A DNA stretch of 64,000 bases from an uncultured Clostridia bacterium. GTDB lineage: Bacteria > Bacillota > Clostridia > TANB77 > CAG-508. Both the position numbers and the translations under genes were made by a program. The stretch lies in the NCBI GenBank assembly GCA_934177725.1, contig CAKPPO010000006.1, positions 3,045-67,044 on the forward strand. The letters run 5' to 3'. The notes under the pieces were generated by a model. That model had not been told where the DNA came from, made no database searches, and was given only the letters and a program-made list of their open reading frames with translations. This document shows, in pieces, positions 63,089 to 64,000 of the stretch; the first letter of the stretch is position 1; each line of letters opens with the position of its first letter.

Positions 63089-64000
63089 TTGAAAAATATA
63101 GCTAAAGTAATAATGGTTATAATGGGGACTTTAATAGGTGCAGGTTTTGCTTCTGGTAGGGAAATATATTTATTCTTTTTAGAATATGGCTATTATGGAA
63201 TAATGGGAATATTTATTTCTGGAATATTTACCAGTTTTATTATTTATATTGCTTTAAATAGAATAAATAACAAAAATATTAGTACATATTCGGAACTCCT
63301 AGAAAACAATAATAAAAATAAAAAGATAGGAATAGGAATAAATATAATAGTAAATGCGTTTTTACTTATTTCATTTTTTATTATGATAGCAGGATTTAGT
63401 GCATATATGAAACAAGCATACGAAATTCCAATTTATGCTTCTAGTTTTTTATTTGTACTAGTTTGTTACATTATTTTTAAGAAAAGTTTGCAGGGAATGA
63501 TGAAAATAAATGAATATATTGTTCCTGTTTTATTATTTTTTATTGTGTTTTTAGGAATAAAAAATATTCCATACATAATAGAGAGTAAAGCAGTCCTTGA
63601 GATTGAAACAAAACAAGTAGGATTTATTATAAATAGTCTTTTATATGCAAGTTATAATAGCATAATATTAATTCCAGTTTTAGTAAATATAAAAAAATAT
63701 TATAATTCAAAAAAAGAAATAAAATTAATATCAATTATTAGTGGGCTTTTTATAATAATATTATCACTTTGCATATATGGCTTATTATTAAGAGGACAAT
63801 TTTTTGTAAAAGAATTAGAATTACCATTACTTCAAATAATTTCTGAATTTGGGATAATATTTAAATATATTTATAGTTTTATAATAATTGCATCAATTCT
63901 TACATCAGCTATTTCAACAGGATATAGTTTTTTAGAAAATGTAAGTAAAAATAAAAGAAACTATCAAATAAACTTAATAATAATGTGCGTAGTAGGAGTG
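63089..64000 (+). CDS. YkvI-like polytopic membrane protein (amino-acid-permease/germinant-receptor-B-like fold). The 3' end is outside the window
   Basis: TTG start after AGGAG. IMGTLIGAGFASGREIYLFF N-terminal motif and multiple TM helices. No stop before the window end. Confidence 0.5.
   Translation, partial: MKNIAKVIMVIMGTLIGAGFASGREIYLFFLEYGYYGIMGIFISGIFTSFIIYIALNRINNKNISTYSELLENNNKNKKIGIGINIIVNAFLLISFFIMIAGFSAYMKQAYEIPIYASSFLFVLVCYIIFKKSLQGMMKINEYIVPVLLFFIVFLGIKNIPYIIESKAVLEIETKQVGFIINSLLYASYNSIILIPVLVNIKKYYNSKKEIKLISIISGLFIIILSLCIYGLLLRGQFFVKELELPLLQIISEFGIIFKYIYSFIIIASILTSAISTGYSFLENVSKNKRNYQINLIIMCVVGV

Overview
This is a very AT-rich, low-GC Firmicute (Clostridia-like, spore-former) chromosomal replication-origin region. 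The core is canonical and well conserved. On the minus strand are dnaA, dnaN, recF, remB(yaaB) and gyrB. Diverging on the plus strand are rpmH, rnpA, yidD, yidC, jag, mnmE, mnmG, rsmG, soj and spo0J, followed by two tRNA-Ser genes. Further right are housekeeping and sporulation genes (GerMN protein, yabB-like methyltransferase, rsmI, abrB, spmA/spmB, rlmH, walJ-like, murA, spoIIR), a sugar-nucleotide block (UDPGP-family, phosphoglucomutase), a hicAB toxin-antitoxin pair, ttcA-like, tRNA-Arg, tadA, SRP RNA, dnaX, ybaB and recR. The window ends with a 2030-aa surface protein, an ABC-2/GldG-like transporter and a YkvI-like membrane protein. The least ordinary material is at the left end (1-8.5 kb), where gyrA is missing from its usual place after gyrB. 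That stretch instead holds a BmrR-like MerR regulator with a bmr-type operator driving two acyl-hydrolase/transferase genes, a 630-nt structured non-coding tract, an M14 peptidase, and a VirB4/PrgJ-family conjugation ATPase broken into two in-frame ORFs next to a pseudo-receiver/ParA-like ATPase. Other notable points are dnaA split by an apparent frameshift, a frameshifted hicA, a ~100-nt structured intergenic element present in two copies, an attenuator-like leader before mnmG, and a promoter-driven 33-aa hydrophobic peptide ORF. No CRISPR array, rRNA or intact mobile element was seen.
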